Origin: Planktothrix sp. GU0601_MAG3 | GTDB lineage: Bacteria; Cyanobacteriota; Cyanobacteriia; Cyanobacteriales; Microcoleaceae | Length of the DNA: 64,000 bases | Direction: 5' to 3' | Assembly (NCBI GenBank): GCA_035193785.1 | Contig: CP136572.1 | Span: 448,001 to 512,000, forward strand | Part shown: positions 36,023-47,831 of the stretch, piece after piece | Position numbering within the stretch: the first letter of the stretch is position 1 | Layout: every line of letters starts with the position of its first letter | Notes under the pieces: model-generated | Seen by the model: only the letters and a program-made list of their open reading frames with translations | Database searches by the model: none | What the model was told of the DNA's origin: nothing | Translations under genes and position numbers: made by a program

Positions 36023-36364
36023 AATATCACGGGAGAATAATATATTACAGAGCAACGCAGATGGTTATTTATATAGACTTTTTTTGACTATAACACAAAC
36101 ACATAAAACCGACATAATTATAAACCCGCCCTTGCGCTCTGTCAAATCGCGACGACTTTTTTTATGATTCCTTTAAAATCACCCAGAGAAATATAAAGAT
36201 TTGCAATTTTTTTTTTTTATGACTGATAATCGAAAATCAACTTGTTAAGTTAGTGAAGTCAACATTATCGTCTGTCATTTGTCCAGAGGCATAAATATCG
36301 CCTCCTAAATTAAGTCAGGCGACAGACTCAACAAAAAACCATTTCGGCAGGATTCACCAAATCA

Positions 36365-39300
36365 ATGAAAACTCTAACTCAAATTAACCACACCTCCGAA
36401 AAAAATTTTTTGACTGGGAATTTTTTGAGCCAAAATCCCAAGTCAATGGTGATCCTTGACCCCACCATACCCGATAGTAATCATATAGTCCAAGGCATCA
36501 AACCCGGCACGGAAACCTACATCCTCGAAAGCCAGCCTAATGCCATAGAACAAATTACCACAATCCTAGCTCAACATACAGGCATTGAAGCCCTACACAT
36601 CATCTCCCACGGTAGTCCGGGCAACCTGTACTTAGGGACAACAGAAACTAAATAGCAGCAACATCGAAAACTACAGCCAACAGTTGCAACAATGGCGAAA
36701 CGCCCTCACACCCCATGCCAGCATCATCTTATATGGATGCAACGTAGCCGAGGGGGACTCCGGTAGCCAATTCCTGACTCAACTTTACCAACTGACAGGC
36801 GCCAACATCGCGGCCAACCCCAACCCTACAGGGAATGGAGAAAAAGGCGGCACCTGGAACATCCGCCACCTCATCCCCCCATCCCCCCAAAGGCCTGAAC
36901 TTGCCCTCACCGAAACCAGCCTCAAAACCTACAACGGTGTACTAGGCTTCGCCCCCAAAGTTGACTTCCCCACTGGCACTAGCCCCCGCTCCGTCAGCAT
37001 CGGCGACATCAACGGCGACGGCAAACCCGACTTAGCAACGGCGAACGCTTGGATCAACACCGCCTCCATCCTGCTGAACACCACCGCCACGGTCGCCACC
37101 ACCCCCACCTTCGCCACCAAAGTTGACTTCCCCACTGGCACTAGCCCCTACTCCGTCAGCATCGGCGACATCAACGGCGACGGCAAACCCGACTTAGCTG
37201 TGGCGAACTCCAACAGCAGCGGCACCGCCTCCATCCTGCTGAACACCACCGCCACGGTCGCCACCACCCCCACCTTCGCCACCAAAGTTGACTTCCCCAC
37301 TGGCACTCACCCCAACTCCGTCAGCATCGGCGACTTCAACGGCGACGGCAAACCCGACTTAGCAACGGCGAACCGATTCGGCAACACCGCCTCCATCCTG
37401 CTGAACACCACCGCCACGGGAGCCACCACCCCCACTTTCGCCACCAAAGTTGACTTCCCAACTAGCAATTTCCCCGCCTCCGTCAGCATCGGCGACATCA
37501 ACGGCGACGGGAAACCTGACTTAGCAACGGCGAACACCAACAGCAGCGGCACCGCCTCCATCCTGCTGAACACCACCGCCACCGGAGCCACCACCCCCAC
37601 CTTCGCCACCAAAGTTGACTTCCCCACTGGTAGTAGCCCCACCTCCGTCAGCATCGGCGACATCAACGGCGACGGCAAACCCGACTTAGCTGTGGCGAAC
37701 TACGTCAGCAACACCGCCTCCATCCTGCTGAACACCACCGCCACGGGAGCCACCACCCCCACCTTCGCCACCAAAGTTGACTTCACCACTGGCACTAACC
37801 CCGTCTCCGTCAGCATCGGCGACATCAACGGCGACGGCAAACCCGACTTAGCAACGACGAACTTTGGCAGCGCCACCGCCTCCATCCTGCTGAACACCAC
37901 CGCCACGGGAGCCACCACCCCCACCTTTGCCACCAAAGTTGACTTCACCTCTGGCATGGGCATCCCCGGCTCCTGCGGGGGCACTCGGCCCCGCTCCGTC
38001 AGCATCGGCGACATCAACGGCGACGGCAAACCCGACTTAGCTGTGGCGAAACCAGGGCGACTCCAGTGCCTCCATCTTCCTCAGCACCACTCCCAAAGTG
38101 ACTGCGGTAACTGCTACCAACCTTGACGGCAGTTACGGTGTCGGTTCTACTATTGGCATCACTGTCACCTTCGATGCTGCTGTGACTGTCACGGGTACGC
38201 CCCAACTGCAATTAGAAACAGGTACAACTGACCAATTTGCCACTTATGCTAGTGGTAGTGGCAGTAATATACTCACTTTTAACTATGTAGTCCAAGCCGG
38301 AGATACCTCCCTTGACTTAGAATACCTCTCTACAACTGCTCTGGCGCTTAACGGTGGCACAATTCAAGATAATTTGGCTACGAATGCGGATTTAACCCTT
38401 CCCGCTTTAGCCACGGCTAATTCCCTCGGTGGTAGTAAAGCCTTGGTTGTTGATGGCGTTGCACCCACAGTTGCTTTAACATCAACTTCCGCAGCAGCAG
38501 TTAACGGTTTATTTGCCGTTACCGCTACCTTCAGTGAAGATGTTAGTAATTTTATCAATACTGATATTACTGTAGCCAATGCAACTGTCAGTAACTTTAC
38601 CACAGTTGATGCTAAAACCTACACCTTTGATGTGACTCCAACTGCGGATGGTAATGTCACCGTAGATATTCCTGCGGCTACATCTGCTGATACTACGGGT
38701 AATAATAATACCGCAGCCACTCAACTAACTCGCACAGCAGATATTACCGCCCCAACTGTTAGTTTAACCTCAACTTCCCCAACCACAGTTAACGGTTTAT
38801 TTACCGTCACTGCCACCTTCAATGAAGATGTCACAGGATTTGATAATACTGATATCACCGTAGCCAATGCAACTGTCAGTAACTTTGCCGCAGTTGATAC
38901 TAAAACCTACACCTTTGATGTGACTCCCACTGCTAATGGTAGTGTCACCGTAGATATTCCGGCGGCTACATCTGCTGATACTGCGGGTAATAATAATATT
39001 GCAGCCACTCAATTCACTCGCACTGCTAATATTACAATACCACCCACCGTCTCCGGTTCATCAAATAATGATATTCTCACTGGTAATGCCACTGGCGACC
39101 AAATCAACGGTTTAGCGGGTAGTGATATCCTCTATGGTAATGCCGGAAACGACACCATTGATGGCGGTGATGGTAACGATATTGCCTACGGTGGTAAAGA
39201 CAACGATTTGCTCAACGGTGGCAATGGTAGCGATCGCCTTTATGGGGATGCAGGTAACGATACTGTCAATGGGGATGCAGGTAACGATGTCCTTTATGGA

Positions 39301-39597
39301 GGTGACGGTGACGATATCCTGAATGGCGGTGCGGGTAGCGATCAACTTTATGGTAACGCCGGAATTGATACCTTTATTCTAGCATCAGGAATGGGTCTCG
39401 ATTCTATCTACAAGTTTGAAAATGGCATAGACAAAATTCAATTAGACGATTTAACTTTCGCTGATTTACTGATTACCACAAGTGGTGCTAATACCCTAAT
39501 TAAAGTGTTAGCAACGGGAGTCACTATTGGGTCTTTACAGAATATCAATTCCAGCTTAATTGAAGCGACTGATTTTATTTCATCTCAGCTAACCTAG
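36365..39597 (+). CDS. Surface protein 3: DUF4347 + 7 FG-GAP + Ig-like (one extra) + RTX (frameshifts at 36644 and 38048)
   Basis: Paralog of the two upstream genes. Confidence 0.88.
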
Positions 39598-39729
39598 AAA
39601 ACCGATAACAGTAATTAGTGTAGAGACGTGCCACGGCGCGTCTCTAATACTGATCAGCAAAGAAGAATATTATCCGACTGCGTTGCAGTTGAGCAAGTTT
39701 CTCTGCGGATAAATTAACCCCATCATTAG

Positions 39730-40093
39730 TTACAATTCCAAGGTAATTAATTGGGCAATTTCTTCGGTTTGGAAACCTAAAGCCATTGGTTTTTGTGCTT
39801 CAGGAATTATCTGCACATCATAAAGTTCTGTGACTATTCCTTCTAAACGCAACCAGTGAACAATTGTGCCTGTATTAATATCAATTACCATCATACCACA
39901 GCGCGGCTCGGCATCTTTTTGGGCGAGTAATTTATCTAATTCTAAACCGCCAAATGTCTTGTCATCTCCTCTGGGTTTGGAAAGTCCAACTATTGCCCAA
40001 TTTTTCCAAAATGCCAGTCCTCGTAAATAGCCCGGACAAAAGGCAATGGGGTTAAATTTCCCGGTATCTAAATCCACATATCCTAATTCTCCT
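39730..40093 (-). pseudogene. 3' fragment of the TIGR03032-domain gene
   Basis: Near-identical to 44596-44960. Confidence 0.88.
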
Positions 40094-40147
40094 TAAATAG
40101 CTGCGCTAGTGCGATTGTAGCGAAAGCTAAATAATATAAATTACAGA

Positions 40148-40201
40148 ATGACTTGATTTATTCACGACAAATTGGCTAAAGATTACCTAGAAGAATTACT
40201 A
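40148..40201 (+). pseudogene. N-terminal scrap of a multicopy cyanobacterial hypothetical gene
   Basis: Translates MT*FIHDKLAKDYLEELL. Confidence 0.45.
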
Positions 40202-40378
40202 ATATTATTTATTGACATCTACCTTTCGATAGATTTACAATATCATGGTTAGAGTTCTTACGCAGTTGGCGCATTAAACAAGAGGTACATAGTTGAACTT
40301 GGGCGCTTCTTAAGAGCGCTGAAGCGCAACTACATACCTAAGAATCAAATTCCTTTACAAAAAAACCGCTAATTCACT

Positions 40379-43300
40379 ATGACTAAGCAAATCATTTTTG
40401 TTGACTCCTCAGTACAAGACTATCAAAGCCTAATTCATAACGCCGATGATGCTCAAATCGTCATTCTCAATGAAAATTTGAGCGGCATCGAACAAATTAC
40501 TAACGCTTTAGCCAATCAAAAAGATATTTCAGCCGTACAAATACTTTCTCACGGTAGCGAAGGCAGTTTAAAACTGGGTACAGATGTACTGAATGGGACT
40601 GATATAGAAAATTTCAACACTCAGCTACAACAGTGGGGAAATGCCCTAACTGAAAATGGCGATATCCTATTATATGGATGCGATGTAGCCGCCGGAGAAA
40701 CTGGCAAGAATTTTGTTAAACGATTAAGTGAAATCACCGAGGCAGATGTCGCCGCCTCTAACGACTTAACCGGAAATCAAGCATTAGGTGGCGACTGGGA
40801 TTTAGAAATAGCAACGGGTAAGATAGAAGCCGCCGTGCCCTTTAATCAGGAGGCGATGAAAGATTATGAATCTACACTGGCGAATTATAATGTCACGGTG
40901 GCAACCGATGATGGCACTGGCACTGTAGCCGGCACATTAAGCAAAGCGATTTTAGATGCGAATGCCTCGGTGGGGGTAGATGACACTATTACCCTTACTA
41001 AAAATGTCCGATTTACGGCAGTTTCCCCAAGTTCTGATTGACAGCAATATCGCTTTTATTGGTGGCGGTTTTACCGTTAGCGGGGATGCCAATAACAATA
41101 GTGGCAATGACGCGGGTGATGTTCGTCCCTTCTTTATCAAGTCTGGAACTGTTGGCTTCTCCAACCTGACCATTACCGGAGGTCGAGCGCAAGGCGGAAA
41201 TGGCAGCACGGCTAACAGCGGCGGCGGCGGCGGTGCTGCTGGCATGGGTGGCGCGTTATTTATCTATAACGGCAGTGTGACAATTGATAATGTCACTTTT
41301 ACCAGTAACCAGGCGATCGGCGGGAGCAGCGCCAATAATGGTAAATTCCTCGGCGGCGGTGGCGGGTTTGGCGGTAACAGCGGTGGCGGGTTTGGCGTTT
41401 CTGGCGGCAACGGCGGCGGCGGGTTTGGTGGCAACGGCGGCGATAACTTTAGCGCCAATAACAGTGGTTCTGGCGGTTCTGGCGGGGCTTTCGGCGGCAG
41501 CGGTGGTATCGGAGGCACTTCAGCCAGTAATGCTGGTAATGGCACTGGTGGCGGCGGTGGCGGTGCCGGTTGGGGCAGTACCAGCGGAGGCAACGGTGCA
41601 TTCGGCGGCGGCGGCGGTTCTGCTGGCGACCAAGCCCATTTGAATGGTGGTTGGGGTGGCTTTGGTGGTGGCGGCGGTGCTGCTGCTAACTTAGGTGGCA
41701 GAGGTGGCTTTGGCGGTGGCGGCGGTGTGAGTATTCACACTAACAACCCAGGCGCAGGTGGCTTTGGCGGTGGTGCCGGTGGCGGTACTACAAACTATTC
41801 CGCCATGCTCCCTGGTGGTGGCGGTGCAGGATTAGGGGGCGCGATTTTTGTCAGAGAAGGCTCTTTAACCCTACAAAACACCACCTTCACCAACAACACC
41901 ACGACAGGCGGCACGGGAGCGAATAGTGGCAAAGCCCTGGCAGGCGCGATTTTTGTGCTGGATGCAGCCGCACAAACGGCACAAACCACCCAAGGCAACA
42001 CTCAGGGAATGCCCGCGGCCCTTCCCACCGTCACTGCCCTTGGTTTCCTACGCACCAGTGGCAATACTGCTGCTCAGAACGCAAGCACTACCACAGATAA
42101 TAACGATATCTACGGGACAATTATCAACACCGCCCCTGTCCTTGCCGATACCGTCGTCACCCTCAATTCTGTCCTAGAAGATGCAGTTGCACCCACAGGC
42201 GCTGTCGGCACACTCATCTCTGCCATTGCTACCATCGGTACAAACATCACCGACCCCGACACTGGCGCAGTCCCAGGGGTAGCCATCACCGCCGCCGACA
42301 CCACTAACGGCAGTTGGTTTTACACCATAGATGGCGGTACGACTTGGACTGCTTTGGGCGCAGTATCCAATACCAACGCTCGCTTACTGGCCGCTAATGC
42401 CAACACCCGTATCTACTTCCAACCAACCACTGCCAACTACAACGGCACTGTCACCAACGGCGTCACCTTCCGCGCTTGGGATCAAATGACTGGCACCAAC
42501 GGCGGCACAGCCAACACCAGTACCAACGGTAGTATAACTGCCTTCAGCACCGCCACAGATACCGCAGCCATCACCGTTACCCCAGTTAACGACCAACCCA
42601 GTTTCACCGCCACCAACCCAACGGCAATTAACGAAGATGCGGGAGCGCAAACAGTAACGGGTTGGGCAACTTTCACTTCCGGCCCCGCCAACGAATCCGC
42701 CCAAACTGCCACTTATACTGTTAGTAACATTGGCACTCCTGGCTTATTTGCCACAGCACCCGCAATAGACGCCAATGGGAATCTTACTTACACCCCCGCA
42801 GCCGATGCCAACGGCACTTCTACCTTTGATGTTGTCGTCCAAGATAGTGGCGGTACTGCTAACGGCGGTTTGGATACTTCTACAACTCAAACCTTTACTA
42901 TTACTGTTAACCCTGTTAACGACCAACCCAGTTTCACCGCCACCAACCCAACGGCAATTAACGAAGATGCGGGAGCGCAAACAGTAACGGGTTGGGCAAC
43001 TTTCACTTCCGGCCCCGCCAACGAATCCGCCCAAACTGCCACTTATACTGTTAGTAACATTGGCACTCCTGGCTTATTTGCCACAGCACCCGCAATAGAC
43101 GCCAATGGGAATCTTACTTACACCCCCGCAGCCGATGCCAACGGCACTTCTACCTTTGATGTTGTCGTCCAAGATAGTGGCGGTACTGCTAACGGCGGTT
43201 TGGATACTTCTACAACTCAAACCTTTACTATTACTGTTAACCCTGTTAACGACCAACCCAGTTTCACCGCCACCAACCCAACGGCAATTAACGAAGATGC

Positions 43301-44464
43301 GGGAGCGCAAACAGTAACGGGTTGGGCAACTTTCACTTCCGGCCCCGCCAACGAATCCGCCCAAACTGCCACCTATACTGTTAGTAACATTGGCACTCCT
43401 AGCTTATTTGCCACAGCACCCGCAATAGACGCCAATGGGAATCTTACTTACACCCCCGCAGCCGATGCCAACGGCACTTCTACCTTTGATGTTGTCGTCC
43501 AAGATAGTGGCGGTACTGCTAACGGCGGTTTGGATACTTCTACAACTCAAACCTTTACTATTACTGTTAACCCTGTTAACGACCAACCCAGTTTCACCGC
43601 CACCAACCCAACGGCAATTAACGAAGATGCGGGAGCGCAAACAGTAACGGGTTGGGCAACTTTCACTTCCGGCCCCGCCAACGAATCCGCCCAAACTGCC
43701 ACTTATACTGTTAGTAACATTGGCACTCCTAGCTTATTTGCCACAGCACCCGCAATAGACGCCAATGGGAATCTTACTTACACCCCCGCAGCCGATGCCA
43801 ACGGCACTTCTACCTTTGATGTTGTCGTCCAAGATAGTGGCGGTATACTGCTAACGGCGGTTTGGATACTTCTACAACTCAAACCTTTACTATTACTGTT
43901 AACCCTGTTAACAACATCTCCGGTACACCAAATAATGATATTCTCAGTGGTAATGCGACTAACGACCAAATCAATGGTTTAGGGGGTAGTGATATCCTCT
44001 ACGGTAAAGCTGGAAACGATATTATTGATGGCGGTGATGGTAACGATATTGCCTACGGTGGTAATGATCACGATTTGCTCAACGGTGGCAATGGTAGCGA
44101 TCGCCTTTATGGAGATGCAGGTAACGATACTGTCAATGGGGATGCGGGTAACGATGTCCTTTATGGAGGTGACGGTGACGATCTTCTCGATGGGGGTGCG
44201 GGTAGCGATCAACTTTATGGTAACGCCGGAATTGATACCTTTATTCTAGCATCAGGAATGGGTCTCGATTCTATCTACAGGTTTGAAAATGGCATAGACA
44301 AAATTCAATTAGACGATTTAACTTTCGCTGATTTACTGATTACCACAAGTGGTGCTAATACCCTAATTAAACTCGCTACCACGAAAGTTACCATCGCCTC
44401 TTTACAGAATATCAATTCCAGCTTAATTGAGGCGACTGATTTTATTGAATCTCAGCTAACCTAG
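40379..44464 (+). CDS. Surface protein 4: DUF4347 + Gly-rich region + cadherin/Ig-like repeats + RTX (frameshifts at 41021 and 43843)
   Basis: ILSHGSEG/LYGCDVA, GGFGGGGG tracts, four 110-aa repeats, RTX tail nearly identical to proteins 1-3. Confidence 0.85.
42585..43910 (+). repeat. Four near-identical 330-bp tandem repeats encoding Ig/cadherin-like domains
   Basis: VNDQPSFTATNPTAINEDAGAQT unit recurs every 330 bp. Confidence 0.95.
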
Positions 44465-44595
44465 AAAACTGATAACAGTAATTAGTGTAGAGACGTGCCA
44501 CGGCGCGTCTCTAATACTGATCAGCAAAGAAGAATATTATCCGACTGCGTTGCAGTTGAGCAAGTTTCTCTGCGGATAAATTAACCCCATATCGG

Positions 44596-47500
44596 TTACA
44601 ATTCTAAGGTAATTAATTGGGCAATTTCTTCGGTTTGGAAACCTAAAGCCATTGGTTTTTGTGCTTCAGGAATTATCTGCACATCATAAAGTTCTGTGAC
44701 TATTCCTTCTAAACGCAACCAGTGAACAATTGTTCCTGTATTAAGATCAATTACCATCATACCACAGCGCGGTTCGGCATCCTTTTTGGTGAGTAATTCA
44801 TCTAATTCTAAACCTCCAAAAGTCTTGTCATCTCCCCTAGGTTTGGAAAGTCCAACTATTGCCCAATTTTTCCAAAATGCTAGTCCTCGTAAATAACCGG
44901 GACAAAAGGCAATGGGGTTAAATTTCCCGGTATCTAAATCCACATATCCTAATTCTCCTTTCCCCGAATTTAACAACCACAACTTATCTTGATACCAGCG
45001 AGGTGAGTGCGGCATTGACAAGCCTGTGACGATAATATCATTAGATTCAATATCAATAACTACACCGCCGTTTTGTCGTCGATCGCGCCACCCATCTACC
45101 ACATCCGACTGACTCACGGCGGTGACATATTTTGCTTCCCCTTCCACCATTGCTAAACCGTTGAGGTGACAGCGATCTTCGTTGATATATTGTGAGATAA
45201 AGGGCGGTTTCCAGAGAGGTTTACAACTATGGCGATCGCTCAATGTTGCTATACAATTAAACAGCGTACTAATAAAAATGATTTGGTTATTTTTATCAAC
45301 AACAACATCGTGAATGTCGATATCACCTGTAGTATAGCCAATTCTTGGAATATATAGGCGATCATAACCTTGGTATTGCGCTCCCGAAGCTAATATATTA
45401 TCTAATTGCCAAAGTTGATATTTAGAACTAAGATAGATGCGTTCCGACGTACAGTAAAGCCCCATAGCGCGATCAAAAATTCGCCAATATCCAGAAATAG
45501 TATTAGTTTCGGAATGGCTACCAATTAAGATTAACCTGCTAGTTTGATAGGTGGTGCAAGCGAGGCTAATTTGTTGTTGGGTTAACCAAGATGGAAACTC
45601 GCGATCGCCTATTAAATCCTGTGGCAAATCCCCACTAGCAACCCCTTTCTGATTCTGATTTTCCTCCATATTTTTATCCCTTAAATCCCTTATTTTTTCC
45701 AATTTTTCGTCTCCTAAATTCCTGACTAAATTGCTTTTAAAATCAGGCTTTAAATCATTTTTCAACCTTGCCTCTGCTTCGTTTCCGATTCCTTCTGTCT
45801 TGTCGATCTGTATGGCTTCGGGCGACTGACCCGATTGATATCTTTCCCAAACCTTAAGATATCCCAACTCCAAATATCGCACGGTTTGAGGTGTATTAAA
45901 CAGAGGCAATTGGCGGCGATTTTCATTGAGATAATCTTTCAAATTTCGCAACTCTTGAGGGTGAGTAGCTAAATGTACCGCCAACTTTTCATAATCTTCT
46001 AAATTATTAACTATTAACTGTGGTAAATTAACCGCATTTAATAAACTTGCTCCCACCCGCGCTGCAAAAGTTTCTCCGGGGCAGGTAATCAAGGGGATTC
46101 CCATCCACAAAGCATCACTACCTGTCGTGTGAGCATTGTAATATAAAGTATCTAGGAATAAGTCGATCCAAATGTGGCGTGATAGGTGTTCCTCCTGTGG
46201 TAATCTCGGCGCAAAAATTAGGCGATTGCCCTCAATTCCCCGCAATTTAGCCTCGGATTTCAGGTTCCGAGTTGCTTCGGCATTGCTGTCTAATAACCAG
46301 AGTACACTATTAGGGACTTTCTCTAAAATTCCCATCCACAAGCTAAACATGACTGGCTCAATTTTGCGACTGTGATTGAAGCAGGCGAAGACAAATACAT
46401 CTTCTGGTAAGCCATATTTAGCTTTGGGATTTTTCTGTTGAATTTGCGCGTCTTCTGCGGGACAAACTCTCAGATAATTATTAATTTGATAGCTATTGGG
46501 TATACAAATAAATTTTTCACTAAAAAACTCAGCAAGGCGGGGAGGTGTGACAATATTATCTGTGATGATGTAATCAATAAATTCGGCTCCCATTGTACTT
46601 GGATGATCTATGTAGTTAATTGAAATAGGAGCAGGGCGCAGGGCTAAGATTTCTGGGTTAGAATTTTGGGTATATGCTCCCATGTCGATGAGAATGTGAA
46701 TGCCATCATTGTATATTTTTTCGGCGGCGGCTGGGGTAGCCATTCCTCGCAAGTCGGTAAATTTATCGCAGTCTGCTTCTACTTTTTTACGCTCCAAACT
46801 GCCGTCATTTGGGCCGAGAGAGTAGACGAATATTTCAAATTGAGCGCGATCGTGCAAGGCGAATAATCCACCGATTAAATGTGTTACAGCGTGGTTGTAG
46901 AAATTTCCAGATATGTAACCTATTCGCAGGGTTTGGGGAGGTATAGCAGGGGGAGTGTGAGGGGGAAAGTAATTTTGAGGGACTTTACTACTGACAACTT
47001 TAGAGAAGTACCGATTAATCGCCAGATGTCTGTCAGCCCCAAATGGCGAGTACATGATAAAGTCAAAAACCGAGAAGTCTTTTAAAATATTTTGTTTCTA
47101 TTAAACCTATGCCGATTTGCCACATTTTTTCGATTTCGGCTGCTAAATTATCCCACTCGCAAATCCCCAGGTGAATTTTCACTAAAGCTACCATTGCACT
47201 GATATTATTTGAGTCTAGCTGCAAGACTTTTTGATAATTTGCCACAGCTTCACTATATTGATCGCATTGGTATTGAATGTTGGCTAAGTTTCCCAAGGAT
47301 GGAATCAAGTCGGGTTGAATTGCTAAAGCTTTTTGATAGCAAATTTTCGCTGCTTCTAGCTTTTCTTGTTTGGTAAGTAAAACTCCTAGACTATTGTAGG
47401 CGATCGCGTAATTGGGATTATTAGTAATAGCTTGTTGGTAAGCCGCGATCGCTTCTTCATCTTCCCCTATATTTTCCAGCGCTATGCCTAAATTATGCCA

Positions 47501-47731
47501 ACATTGAGAGTAGCGCTGTTCGCAATTTAAAGCTTGGCGATAAAGTGCGATCGCCTCTGGCCATTCTTCCTTAACTAACTTAGCATTTCCCAATTGAAAA
47601 TAAGCAGGTGCATAATTGGGTTGCAGCGCAATAATCTGTAGATATTCCCTCCTCGCCGCCTCCCACTCGCCTTGTTTTTGCATAGCCCACGCTCTATCAT
47701 AGAGGCTTTCCACCGAAATTTGCTGAGACAT
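44596..47731 (-). CDS. TPR + O-GlcNAc transferase (GT41/SPINDLY-like) + TIGR03032 (DUF4915) fusion (frameshift at 47094)
   Basis: TPRs; LRIGYIS..NHAV, FNHSRKI, DLFLDT..YNAHTTGSDALW; EDRCHLNGLA, LSMPHSPRW. Confidence 0.88.
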
Positions 47732-47762
47732 TTTTTTAATCCTTTAAAATTACATCTGTATC

Positions 47763-47822
47763 ATCCTTTATGATAAAGCTGGAGACGACACCATTGATGG
47801 CGGTGATGGCAGTGATTTTATC
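47763..47822 (+). pseudogene. RTX-repeat scrap
   Basis: Translates ILYDKAGDDTIDGGDGSDFI, matching the RTX tails of the surface proteins. Confidence 0.6.
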
Positions 47823-47831
47823 CTTCATTCT

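Noticed and set aside
34192..38052. Shared frameshift at the same site in genes 2 and 3 as a phase-variation switch
   Set aside because: Both are the same GAAC to GAAAC change seen window-wide; not distinguishable from the error pattern without reads.
29575..38095. FG-GAP constant/variable alternation as a CRISPR array
   Set aside because: Repeats are in-frame protein-coding units of about 168 bp.
29821..44249. Numerous antisense and alternate-frame ORFs over the surface-protein genes
   Set aside because: Shadows of repetitive, codon-biased coding sequence.
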